Of a stretch of 64,000 nucleotides of DNA, positions 1 through 11,155 are shown piece by piece (positions within the stretch are counted from its first letter, which is position 1; each line of letters opens with the position of its first letter). The stretch is from Octopus vulgaris (Eukaryota). The stretch covers positions 11,470,001-11,534,000 of the forward strand of contig OX597832.1 of assembly GCA_951406725.2 (NCBI GenBank), read 5' to 3'. The notes below the pieces were generated by a model. It was not told the origin of the DNA. It saw only the letters and a list, made by a program, of their open reading frames with translations, and made no database searches. Position numbers and translations under genes: made by a program.

Positions 1-171
1 TATAACTCGTCCAGAAGTATTCTCTTGGTAATAAGAACGGTTTGCATGAAAGAAATTATGTTGTGACCGTTTAGACACCAGTTCGACTGTGATTGAGCAG
101 ACCTATGATCAAAAAGGTTCCAATGTGTGTATGTTTGTGTTTGTGTGTGTCTTGTGTGTATATGTATAAAG

Positions 172-462
172 AGCACTCTGTCGGTTACGGAGACGAGGGT
201 CCCAGTTAATACGATCAGTAGAACAGCTTGGTCGTGAAATTAACGTGCAAGTGGCTGAGGATTCCGCAAACACGTGTACCCTTAACGTAGTTCTCAGGGA
301 GATTCAGCGTGACAAGGCTGGCCCTTTGGAATATAGGTACTACGCATTTTTGCCAAATGAGTGGACTGCAGTAGCGTGAAAGAAAGTGTCTTGCTCAAGG
401 TCACAACGCGTCACCGGGATTTGAATTCACGATCAGCCCTAACCATTAAACCACGTGCCTTC
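172..462 (-). mobile_element. tRNA-headed SINE with CORE-like central block (group B)
   Basis: Minus strand reads gaaggcacgtggtttaatggttagg (A-box-like), gaattcaaatccc (B-box-like), then gttgtgaccttgagcaagacactttctttcacg. The same head and centre occur at 36830, 43640 and 50569. Confidence 0.8.
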
Positions 463-542
463 ACTATATACATACATATATATATGTGTGCGTGTGTGTG
501 TGAATACACACGCGCATATATATATATGCATGCATGTATATA

Positions 543-738
543 CAATGGGATGCTAAAAATTTTCTGGCTTTGGGCAAAAGAAAAATACAGGAGGTCAGTT
601 AATTATGGTTTTATTCAAAATATTTCCACATTAGATGCACATATTTATTGCAGCGATACTTAAGTTTTTGTAAGACCTGGGCCGCGAACCAGGCTTTCGC
701 GTTAACCTTAAAGAAATGAACTTTTCATCATTCCTTCG
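543..738. mobile_element. Degenerate mariner-type MITE, copy 1
   Basis: Flanked by TA, with imperfect TIRs caatgggatgctaaaaattttctggcttt ... aaagaaatgaacttttcatcattccttcg. Internal sequence is colinear with 23371-23597. Confidence 0.65.
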
Positions 739-1107
739 TATATCCCCATTCGGATATACGGAACAATAACATTCTTTTTTTTTTTAACCACAACGTCTAG
801 ATTTTCACCATGAATATACAAGTAAAATCATATATAATCAGTGAGCCACAACAGTATAAAATGCAAGATATAAAAAATATTATTGATCAGCGAATATATA
901 TTATATACATTTCACACAATGTTCAAGCCAATAATTTGACACCTTTTTCTTCTGGGTGCCACAAGCGGCAAATAGCTCCAGTTCAGTTTGTAAACAAAAT
1001 CTTGGTTTCTCTCTATATCTCACTCTCTCTCTCATCACCCTCTCTTTCTCTCCCTCCCTTCTCCTCTTTTCTTTCATTTTTTAAGGACACATAGCCGTAT
1101 CTATATA

Positions 1108-1322
1108 GGTGCCGTATGATCGACAGTTATGGTGTTTATTTCACAATCATCAAGTCCGTAGTTCGATCCCACTGTGTGGTAATTTGGACAATAGCCATTT
1201 TTCTGTACCCTCTGCTCTATTCATACCGTCTTTGAATCGGTCAGGTGGATTGTGCCTGTAGTTCTAAAGGTAAAACCTATTCGCATGGCATTATGCTTAT
1301 TCCAGTCTGAGAATTATATTAA
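1108..1322 (+). mobile_element. Highly decayed tRNA-headed SINE
   Basis: B-box-like gttcgatccc; the tail gtgcctgtagttctaaagg...ctgagaattatattaa resembles the tail of the 172-462 element. Confidence 0.45.
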
Positions 1323-2257
1323 TTGTAGAAATTTCAGCCACTGTAACCAGGCAGCATTTCTCCCAGAGTATGGAGCACTTAAATTATAGCAATAATAAAT
1401 GATGTTTGTTGAGTTGAGTCCAGGTTAAATTAAAAGACCATAGAGTATAACGTTTTTTATACTACAAAATAGGCCAATGTTGCACTTTCCTTTGAAGTAG
1501 CAGACTAGAGTCAACTCAAATTCACTAGAGATCTGAGACAACTAGCGTTCTATAAACGCGCTGACTTTTCCTCTGACAAGTCTTTTTCAGAAATTTGCAT
1601 TTCATCCGAAATATGGATTCACGTCGAAATTGCTACTCTACTGGAATCAAACGGTGGTGCTGATAAATAGAGGCTTGTTCATGTTTATTTCTTTTTTACG
1701 TTATTTTACGTCATATTAGAAATAGCAAAGAAAAGTGATTATCAATAAGACAAAAGAATGCAAAGCCGAAAAGGCCAAATGGAATTGGATGTGAAATTAG
1801 AAGAATTAAATGGTGGTGTAATTTCGAATTTAAGAATTTATTCGATTGGGATCTGAAAATAAAGTTATATTTTTAGTGGGCGCAAAGCCAACTTCTTTCA
1901 TATGAAAGTGTATAGACGATTGAAATGGCGCCAAAGCAAGCCACAAACTGCTCTGACTTTCATATTCAATATTTCTATGTGATTTAATCATGTGACTACT
2001 CTTAATAATAGACGCTATTTAGTCGGTGTCAGAAACGATAGATCACTAGAGCAAATTGTTGGAACAGTTCAAATGGATTCTTTGTCATGCTATGTACGAA
2101 CAACATTCGGTTTCGCGTCTTACTTTCATACATCTAACATATATAAAATGAAACAACACATTTGTATGAAAACAAATTCGAAACAAAACTGTGAACACAC
2201 ACACACACGTTTACATACATACATATATATATACATATACACACAATATAATTTGCA

Positions 2258-2299
<42 letters not shown>

Positions 2300-2739
2300 C
2301 ATAAACGCACATATATATATGTAGGTATATTTATGTCTAACTTTATATATACACACATGTAAATAGAAATAGAATTTGTTTAATGATATTGTATTGAAAA
2401 CACGGTTGTCATTTAGCTTTGTCTTTTTATTCATTTTTATGGAACAAATTTTATATATATTTTGTCTTTGATTATTAACACATTTACACCGTGCAAATCT
2501 ACTTTTATAAACTTAGAGTAAGTATACGCGCGCGCGTGTGTGTGTGTGCGCCTGCGTGTGTGTGTGTGTGTGCGCGCGCCTGCGTGTGTGTGTGTGTGGT
2601 GAGGTGTCAAAGAAAAGAGAAGTATAATTTGGAAAGACACTGGAATCGATTCATAGGCAAACCACGTGATAATGAACTCTTTGAATTATTAACATTCTTG
2701 GAAATGTAGGCGTGGTTTTTATTGACAAGGCTTGTTGCA

Positions 2740-3131
2740 TTATACAAGCGAGTCTAAATTTTCCATAAAGTTAGCAAAATCTGAAACAATAAGATTTGTA
2801 ACAACCTTAACTACAGCAACAAGAATAATTATTATGACTCCGTATATGATATGGAAGGTAGATAATACAATACTTAATGGATAACTTACGAAGATTTCTG
2901 ATTTACGTATCATTGATGATGACAAAAACGCATTCATTGAAAACATATTATAGAAAATGCAAGACATGTGAGGTGTGAAGAAGAGAACAGCCATCATGAA
3001 CATATTAACAATCATCACAGTTACCAGAATAAATTCATTATCAAGGAAAATGCTTTTAAGCATGCTAAGTTTCCCGAATGACGAAGAGTAGACCCATTCA
3101 TCCGAGTTATTGTTGCCGTTTTCTTCTACTT
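2740..3131 (-). CDS. Candidate terminal exon of an unidentified membrane protein
   Basis: About 130 open codons of non-repetitive sequence (EVEENGNNNSDEWVYSSSFGKLSMLKSIF...DFANFMENLDSLV*) with two hydrophobic stretches, preceded by acceptor-like ttatttttgttatcaAG. No family recognised. Confidence 0.3.
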
Positions 3132-3214
3132 CTTGATAACAAAAATAACAGCAGCATCAACAACAACAACAACAATAACAATAATAATAATATTGATAAT
3201 TATAATTATAATGA

Positions 3215-4265
3215 CACCAGGGATGTTTAACCTGCGAGAAAGATAAAATATTGCTCCAAAATTTATCTAAAACGTCAGGGAAAACAGAAATGAGACTTTT
3301 TTAAAAATTACAAAATTTTGGACTGTACCTGTTTAAGTAATTTTCAATATGAGTAACATTGTCATACTGGATAAAGAAGATGGAATAAAATAATTAGATC
3401 AAGGCCAGAATTAGGAACCAATGATCTAGATGAGGTATGACACAGAAATTGAAAGAGAAGACAGGGAGGGAAATGAATGAGGAGTAAGATTAAAACTTAA
3501 AACAGAGCTCAATGTGAAAATCAAGGTATTAGGTATGAATCCTGTAGACTTCCTAGTTATAAGTTACAGCTACAATATTCTTAATTCGACACTGAATTGA
3601 ACTGATCAAAGCAGTAAAGAATAGTAGAAAATAATGACAGAATTTAGAATGCACCACTGAAAACCTGACAGGAAATTTATATATACAACGAACTGAAGGA
3701 TGTAGAGTCCTTGTACAATTAGTATACTACTATAAAATATCTCTCATAGGATTACGGAAATATCTAACTCAGAATCAAGGAAGACTCGTACAAATAGCTA
3801 TAAAGACAAAGGAAGTTGGAAGATAGAAGAAAGAGATCTTGATAACTGACAATTATGAAGAAAAAGAACAATAAAGTCGTAAATCAACTGAAGTCTAAGC
3901 TAAAACTTAGATTGTCATGATAAAACTATGGCAAGAAAAGCCCTTACATGGCAAATACTGGGGTAAATTCAACAGAAAAGAAATGCAAAAGTTGAAACTG
4001 AAGGGATTTTATTTGCGGCACAAGATCAAAGCCTCCCCACTATAAACCACCAAAAACACTTGATGAAAAATACAATAGGTAACAGCAGAATAAGAAAAGT
4101 ACAATAGGTGAATGCAGAATAAGTGGTGATAGGGAAGAAACAAATCGTATTGTCTCTGGCTAAACAAGAAGGAATATATCCACAGACATGACTGAGTTAG
4201 GATTTGTATACACTGGAAGCTATGCCAACACTTTGGAATGACAACAGGAGAATGGTGGCATAGGC
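3215..4265 (+). mobile_element. Decayed R4/Dong-like non-LTR retrotransposon, 3' half
   Basis: Broken frames give WQEKPLHGKY, ETEGILFAAQDQSLPT, KEYIHRHD.V..IHWKLCQHFG, plus upstream ISYSYNILN and RMHH. These match the post-RT/zinc-knuckle region of RLE-type R4/Dong elements. Many stops and frameshifts. Confidence 0.75.
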
Positions 4266-4312
4266 AATGACAAAGCAGCCATACTCTGAAATACATAGAT
4301 AGATCATACATA

Positions 4313-4425
4313 GACCCCAGTACTTATTCTAGAGACCCCGAAAAGATAGAAGGCAAAGTAGACCTTATGAGTATTTGAACTCACAATGTACAAACGGACG
4401 AAAGGCAGCTAAGCATTGTTCCCGA
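4313..4425 (-). mobile_element. Decayed group A SINE fragment
   Basis: gaccccgaaaagatagaaggcaaagtagacc...tttgaactc resembles the group A centre and B box. Confidence 0.65.
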
Positions 4426-4894
4426 TGATGATGATGATGATGAGGATGATCATATTGTTGCTGTTGACGATGATGATAATGATGATGGTGATGATGATGG
4501 TGATGATAATAAATTATGAAAATCACATTAGCGTAATAACCTATTGTCAGAGATATTTGCAGCTGCTTCCATATTATTCATGAATTAAATATATAAATAA
4601 ATACAAATAGATAAATAATACAGATGCAAAACGAGAACAACAACAAGAACAATAAATAAAGCACATAATGAACATGAACAAAATTAATGAATGCGAAGTT
4701 TTGTTCCAACAAATTACAGCTAATGTATTTACATTAGAATATATGATAAACATGATTTATACAGAGTCGTTTGTATTCTGATTCTTGTTCCTCACTTACG
4801 AATGTCGGTTCAGTTGATGTTAACCCAATTAGCTACAAAACACCCAAATGTAATGACAATGGATTATTTATTTTCATACCATAATGATTACTCG

Positions 4895-4978
<84 letters not shown>

Positions 4979-5037
4979 CACAGACGTTCCAGATGCTTCT
5001 ACCAATATACACTGGCCCGAAGTGATACACTGAATTT

Positions 5038-5590
5038 TTGAATAATAATAATGATAACAATAATAATAATATTAATAATAATAATTATAATAATGATAAT
5101 GATGATAATAATAATAATAATAGTAATAATATTAATGATAATAATGATAATAATAATAACGATAATGATGATAATAATAATAATAATAATAATAATAATG
5201 TTGATGATTATAAGAACAGTAATGACAACAACAACAATAATAATAATAATAATAATTTTGATGATTATGATAAGAGTAATGACAACAACAATAATAATGA
5301 TAAGAATAATGATGATGACGATGATGATGAAGATTGCGATGATGATGATGGCGATGATTATTATTGTTGTTGCTGTTGTTTTGTTTTTTTCTTGTTGATA
5401 TTATTATCATCAGTATTTTGGTCTTCATATTTTCATTCCTGTTCTTCAGTTTATTATTATTATTATTAGTAGTATTAGTAGTAGTAGTAGTATCGTTGTT
5501 TTTAATATAGTTGTTGTATTGTCATCTTTATTATTGATGATGACAACAGTAATTGAATAATGAAGATTATGATGATAATAATAATATTAT
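5038..5590. repeat. Compound trinucleotide microsatellite (AAT/GAT/AAC, then TAT/TGT/TAG)
   Basis: Directly visible; accounts for the poly-N/D/I ORFs at 5038-5469. Confidence 0.95.
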
Positions 5591-6107
5591 TGTAGCTTGT
5601 ATTTTATTTCATTTCCTGTTCTTTTGATCGTATTAGTCTTTACTGTTATTGTTACACTTATTAATGTTATTATCAAAAATACAAAGAATCAAATTTAAAC
5701 AAAAAATAATGTAGTATTAATGATAAACAAACAAATATGTTATATTTCATAATAGAGTTAGCGCTTTATCACAAATAATGGAAGCCTTTTGTAGATTGAA
5801 AACATCAGCAAAAACTTGATCGCCTATGATTATTAGTGTTAGATATGACTAATGAAATAATATTATGGAAGATAATATCCATTTCTTGAAAGTCCAAACA
5901 AAAGTCTATTGTTCACTTCACTTAATGCTATGATGCATATATTCTATGTCGTTGAATACAACTGCATGCGATGTAAAGGCTAATGTGAAATTTCGTTATC
6001 TATTATAAATATGGAAAATTTTGAAAGAGTAGTGATGGGAAACGTGCTACTTAAATTAATGCTAACAATAATAACCTGATTATATATAAATACTGTATTG
6101 ATTGCAG

Positions 6108-6405
6108 AGAGACTCCTATCAATTCTTGTTTAGTTAGTGCGAGATTTAAATATTGTTTTAATAATAAATGCAATGTTGCAAAATATTACAAGCATGGACT
6201 GCATTTGGTAAGCTTCTCTGTAATGAAGTATAGCGAGTGTGCAGTTTATCGTAGGTGGTTAGGCAATTCTTTTAGTTGTAACTGCTGTAAGAAATGCGAA
6301 AAAATGAACGAAGAAATCTGTCTAATGGTATGTAATTACTCTATTGATGATAAGAACATGTTGCCACAAAAGAATGGCATTCGTAGGAAAGACCGCAAGT
6401 TTGCA
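6108..6405 (+). CDS. Candidate internal exon encoding a Cys-rich peptide
   Basis: Acceptor-like tgtattgattgcAG (6106-6107), 99 open codons (ETPINSCLVSARFKYCFNNKC...SCNCCKKCEKMNEEICLMVC...RKFA) and consensus donor GTGAGT at 6406. No homology recognised. Confidence 0.3.
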
Positions 6406-6429
6406 GTGAGTATATATATATATATATAT

Positions 6430-6759
6430 ATATATTATATTAAATTAGAGATAAAACCACTATTAGGCAAATCATACAATGAAAAACTTAAGCCAATACA
6501 TAAGGTTATTTAATTATATTAATTTATATTATTTAAATATATAACATATATTTTTTAAAAATAATTTTGTTATATATTTAAATAATATAAATTAATATAA
6601 TTAATATAATTAAACAACCTTATGTATTGGCTTAAGTTTTTCATTGTATGATTTGCCTAATAGTGGTTTTATCTCTAATTTAATATAATATAATATTTTA
6701 CTATAAAATTGGATTCAATCCTAAATCTGATTTTTCCCTGTAAGTTTGGATTTATTCCC

Positions 6760-6767
<8 letters not shown>
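6430..6767 (+). mobile_element. Fold-back element 1 in (TA)n, probable PLE 3' end
   Basis: Near-perfect inverted arms about 6430-6546 and 6568-6693, unpaired tail of about 75 nt, (TA)n on both sides. No hammerhead retained. Confidence 0.7.
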
Positions 6768-6810
<43 letters not shown>

Positions 6811-6817
6811 AAATATA

Positions 6818-7040
6818 TATTTCTTTACTACCCACAAGGAGCTAAACACAGAGGGGACAAACAAGGACAGACAAACGGATTAAGTCGATTACATCGATCC
6901 CAGTACGTAACTGGTACTTAATTTATCAACCCCGAAAGGATGAAAGGCAAAATCGACCTCGGCGGAATTTGAACTCGGAACGTATCGACGGACGAAATAC
7001 GGCTACGCATTTCGCCCGGCGTGCTGACGTTTCTGACAGC
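6818..7040 (-). mobile_element. Group A tRNA-headed SINE with Meta-domain-like centre, near full length
   Basis: Minus strand has gagttcaaattccgcc (B box) then gtcgattttgcctttcatcctttcggggttgataaattaagtaccag. Apparent TSD gtaaatata / gtaaacata. Confidence 0.9.
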
Positions 7041-7074
7041 AGTAAACATAATGTGACAATTATATGGTAGCTAT

Positions 7075-7128
7075 GATAAAACTCCGAGTTTCGGAATCGG
7101 GGCAGAAACCGCCATCTCTTCAGTTATC
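7075..7128 (-). ncRNA. Minimal type I hammerhead ribozyme-like motif
   Basis: Minus: GAUAA CUGAAGA [irregular stem II] GAAA CU-CGG-AG UU UUAUC; 5-bp stem I. Confidence 0.6.
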
Positions 7129-7274
7129 CGGCCATCGAAAAAATGCTAGCCCCTGAAACTCGGAGTTTTATCATGGCTACCGAATAATTGTCACATATTA
7201 TATTTACAGATAAATTCCTCTATTTACATAATATCAAGGTCTCTTTCATTCTTTTGTTGTCTTACAATTTCTAT

Positions 7275-7320
<46 letters not shown>

Positions 7321-7327
<7 letters not shown>

Positions 7328-7679
7328 AAAATAGTAAAGTGTGAAAAAACGACAGAAGGCTTAAATGTTAAAAAATATATATATTTGTGTCAAAATGTCT
7401 GGAGAATATTGGAAAAATTTTTTTCCCTTTCCTTAAAATGACATAATTTTTAAATTTTTAAAGAAATTACCGGTTTCGCGTGTAGCTTTTCAAATTTCTT
7501 TCTTTAAACATTTTTAAATTATGTCATTTTAAGGAAAGGGAAAAAAATTTTTCCAATATTCTCCAGACATTTTGACACAAATATATATATTTTTTAACAT
7601 TTAAGCCTTCTGTCGTTTTTTCACACTTTACTATTTTCTTATATATTCACCCACGTGCTTTACCAAACAAACTTTCTTA

Positions 7680-7681
<2 letters not shown>
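7321..7681 (+). mobile_element. Fold-back element 3 in (TA)n, young PLE 3' end
   Basis: Apparently perfect inverted arms of about 130 bp (7321-7448 and 7516-7646), 35-nt tail, (TA)n on both flanks, hammerhead in the loop. Confidence 0.8.
7460..7501 (-). ncRNA. Minimal hammerhead, U3-A8 core variant
   Basis: Minus: AAAGAAAU UUGAAAA GC-uacac-GC GAAA CCGG UA AUUUCUUU; 8-bp stem I, palindromic stem III. Confidence 0.7.
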
Positions 7682-7715
<34 letters not shown>

Positions 7716-8297
7716 CATGCATATGTATGTATGTATATATGTGCATGTATATACACGCGTGTTTGATTTTGTGTCTGCATGCGTATGTTGTGCGACCGGG
7801 TATTGTTTGATTACCTCTTTTCGTGTTTTAATCTACTTGAAGGCTTATTAGGATCGTATATTTAAATGGAGGGGTTGATGGGGGTTTTTAATTGCTCATT
7901 AGTAAATATATTGCATGGTGAATTTCAAGGCACGTATATACGTGTGTGAGTGCGTGTGTGCAGGTGTTTGTGCGTGTGTGTGTGTGTGTGTGTGTATGTG
8001 TGTGTGTGTGTGTGTGTTTGTACTCTAGAGCATAGCTGTGTGAATTTTGCTGCTTACTTGATTTCGGCGATATATTTTCATGTGGGGAACCTGTCTCCTG
8101 AAGCCCAAATTACGTCTTATCTTAGCCTCTCATGCGAAATACACACAAACATACACACATACCTATATACACAAACATGCATACATAACGACGAGCAGAC
8201 TGACAGACAAAATCACATATATTCACATAGAGACAGACGTAAATGCGTACATATATGTATATATATAATCATACGCACGTACACACGCCTAGACCTG

Positions 8298-8348
8298 CAC
8301 GCACGCACGCACACACGCACACGCACACGCACACACACACACACACAC

Positions 8349-8425
<77 letters not shown>
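8298..8425. repeat. (CA)n / (CACG)n microsatellite
   Basis: Directly visible. Confidence 0.95.
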
Positions 8426-8434
<9 letters not shown>

Positions 8435-9357
8435 TGTTAGAGTTCATTCTTTGCAATTAGCCAACGACGTTACCTCCCGCATTTCCTTAGTGCAATCATG
8501 AATGAAGACTAATGATAGAATTGTAAGCTTTTCTTCGTAGTAACATGTAAGTGAACAATAAGTATTGTACCAGAATATTCGTGTGAATAATTATTGCGCG
8601 TCCACTCTGAATGATATATCACTTCTTTCCAATACTCGAAACTTTCACGGCATATTGCACGGTTTCAGATGTTAAAATTATAATAATTTACGTGGCAACG
8701 GTTCTTAATTTACCTAGTTAAATATTAACTGAAATATCTGAAATATCTGAAACAGCATTCTACTGTCAGTTTTATATTAATTAATATGACTTATGGTATA
8801 GAATAATTATCTCATGAATTTGAAGTATATAAACATTCTATTGAATGCAATGTTGATCAAATATTGTTCAATCAATTAGAGCAATCAAGAACATCATGGT
8901 GGTTGTCTTCTACACTGATATGGTAAGATACGTATTTCATTTCATATTACAGAAGGATTCACTAAAACACTCAGTAGAAATCAGTCGATTTATATTTATA
9001 CTGACACCTCAGATTATTGTCTGCGAGGCTATGTACTCAATATAAAATTACATTCCAACCAATGAAAATTAAACCATTTTAAATATAAAGAAAAAAAGAC
9101 AGTAAGATAATTGACAATTATATGCAGTCTGAATCTGAACAATATGCTTCATATCGTGTATCGAGTACATAGTGTCTTTTATAATTGTCAAGCTGTTGAT
9201 GTAAAGTATATCGCTTCAGCTTACATATTAATTCATCATTTGCTGATCAACCTAAGGTTAATCACATAGTGTTTTCTGAAGTGACTACGTCTATTTGTCT
9301 GTATATATATATACATAGATATATGCATGTATGTTTGTATGATCGTATGTATGTAAC

Positions 9358-9970
9358 CCAGTACAACCTGTTGCATGGTCGTGCCGTCGGCGATTAAACC
9401 AGCAACCCCACCAAGCTTCCTTAGTGAAGAGGGTGTTTATTGGACCCCTGCGGGATGAAAAACAAAACCCGTCAAAGGGCGGAGAAATTCTTGAGAGTTA
9501 ACGGCCATCCAATAAATGTCTTAAGGCTGTATCATGCGCGGGGACACAGAAATAATCGGACTGAATACCTGATCGCGCGGTTAAACCATTGGGAGTGAAG
9601 GACTCCTAGCCTTTGTTAGGGCATCCATCTAGGAGAAGGTAACTCAGGTAACTGGGATAACTCCGACATAAAACCTGCGGCTCAGTGATTACCAATGATG
9701 TTGACTTGTTCTTTTCGGATTATGGCTGCTGTTGCTTATTGAGTGGGATTGACTCAGTGCACAGCCTTTCCTCACTTTAAAAAAAATCTTCTTGCACAGG
9801 TATTGCACGATAACAACGTTGTTAATAAGTGTTGATGGTGCTGTGAGTTTCAACTGAATGGCTGGCTGTATAGCCTGAAAAAGCAAATAAAAGTCACATT
9901 CGATCACAGCACCAATAACAGTTAAGCTTCGTGCAATGGCCATACTCGATAACGAGGGGGCAGCCATCAT
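9358..9970 (+). mobile_element. Probable RTE-clade-derived non-coding element (5' UTR-like)
   Basis: GC-richer 0.6-kb island between microsatellites; gggcatccatctaggagaaggtaactc resembles a motif I recall from RTE 5' UTRs; no ORF on the plus strand. Confidence 0.45.
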
Positions 9971-10108
9971 ATATCTATATATATGTAGATATATACATAT
10001 ACATATAGATAAACATAAATACAGATAATTGTTTTTATTACATATATTGTGCTATATATGTTATTCAAGAGTTGTGTTTGTTTTTCGTGCCAGTGACTGT
10101 ATATATAA

Positions 10109-10142
<34 letters not shown>

Positions 10143-10476
10143 ATGTGCATATGTATGCCTATGTGTGTATGTATATATGTCTCTGCAGGAAGAATCGACC
10201 CCTAGTTAAATGTTGATTGTAGACAACGTTCAGAAAAATGCACCAACAAAGGAACTGCTCTTAAAACAACTGTAAGGACCAATCTGCACATTTACTCCCT
10301 ACTTCCCTTTAAGCTTTATGAATTTACGCATGAGGATCTGCCTCAACCTATTATATAATATCAGTACTACATTCCAACAGTATAACTTCTCCGTGAGAAT
10401 AAATGATATTGCGAAAAATACGAACTTTCCGGAATCGCACTTTTATGTATATCTTGTGATTTAAACTCTGTAAAGC

Positions 10477-11000
10477 AAGAATTTTCCCCTCTTCAGCGAT
10501 AAATACGTAAGACATAAATGGAATGCCTACTCATATCCACGGAAAAAGCAAGCACTAAGTCCTGAGCAGACCTAAGTACCCTAAATATATCCAAAATAGA
10601 AAATAGAAGATGTGCCAAAGATTTTCTATTTTGGATATATTTGGGGTACTTAGGTCTGCTGAGGACTTAATGCTTGCTTTTTCCGTGGGTATGAGTAAGT
10701 ATTTCATTTATGTCTTGCGTATTTATCGATGAAGAGGGGAAAATTCTTATGAATTAACCCCGAAATTGGGACCAATGCGGTAATAACGGATTTTTTAGAA
10801 AGTTCTATCGACTTGTTTCGAGACGCATAAATTATAATGGTTATTGACAATTTTGTCTTTTTTTCGGCATATTTGGCATTAGAATTTTTCTTTTGCCCTT
10901 ATTTTATAAGTTATTTATAAATTTAATCTTTAAAGCCATTTTTTGATATGCTGGCCATTGATAAAATTTTTTTTCGAAAAAATTTTTATCCTACATTAGT

Positions 11001-11002
<2 letters not shown>
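10477..11002 (+). mobile_element. Fold-back element 4, PLE 3' end with hammerhead
   Basis: 128-bp diverged inverted arms (10477-10604 and 10621-10748), 16-nt spacer, about 250-nt unpaired 3' part ending at (TA)n. 10834-11001 is repeated at 55513-55682. Confidence 0.75.
10723..10783 (+). ncRNA. Hammerhead-like motif, degenerate or variant core
   Basis: UUAUCG (A/C)UGAAGA GGGG...CCCC GAAA UUGG-ga-CCAA U G CGGUAA. The inverted arm retains CUGAAGA. Confidence 0.55.
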
Positions 11003-11061
<59 letters not shown>

Positions 11062-11155
11062 TTTTATACGTTTCATTCCGAAGGCTGTGGCCGTGCTGGG
11101 GCACCTTGCACTTTTGAGTATCTCTTGTGACTTAAATTTCTTAAAGCATACGTTT

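Larger units (their letters stand above)
6807..7278 (+). mobile_element. Fold-back element 2 in (TA)n, PLE 3' end interrupted by a SINE
   Basis: Inverted arms 7042-7092 and 7155-7207, tail to 7278, hammerhead in the left arm and loop. The extreme left end (tcggtaaatata, 6806-6817) is split off by the SINE. Confidence 0.7.

Noticed and set aside
5038-5469. Poly-Asn/Asp and poly-Ile ORFs
   Set aside because: Trinucleotide repeat artefacts; the same applies to the poly-R/L/F/S/K/E ORFs at 26.0-26.4 kb and 51.4-51.7 kb.
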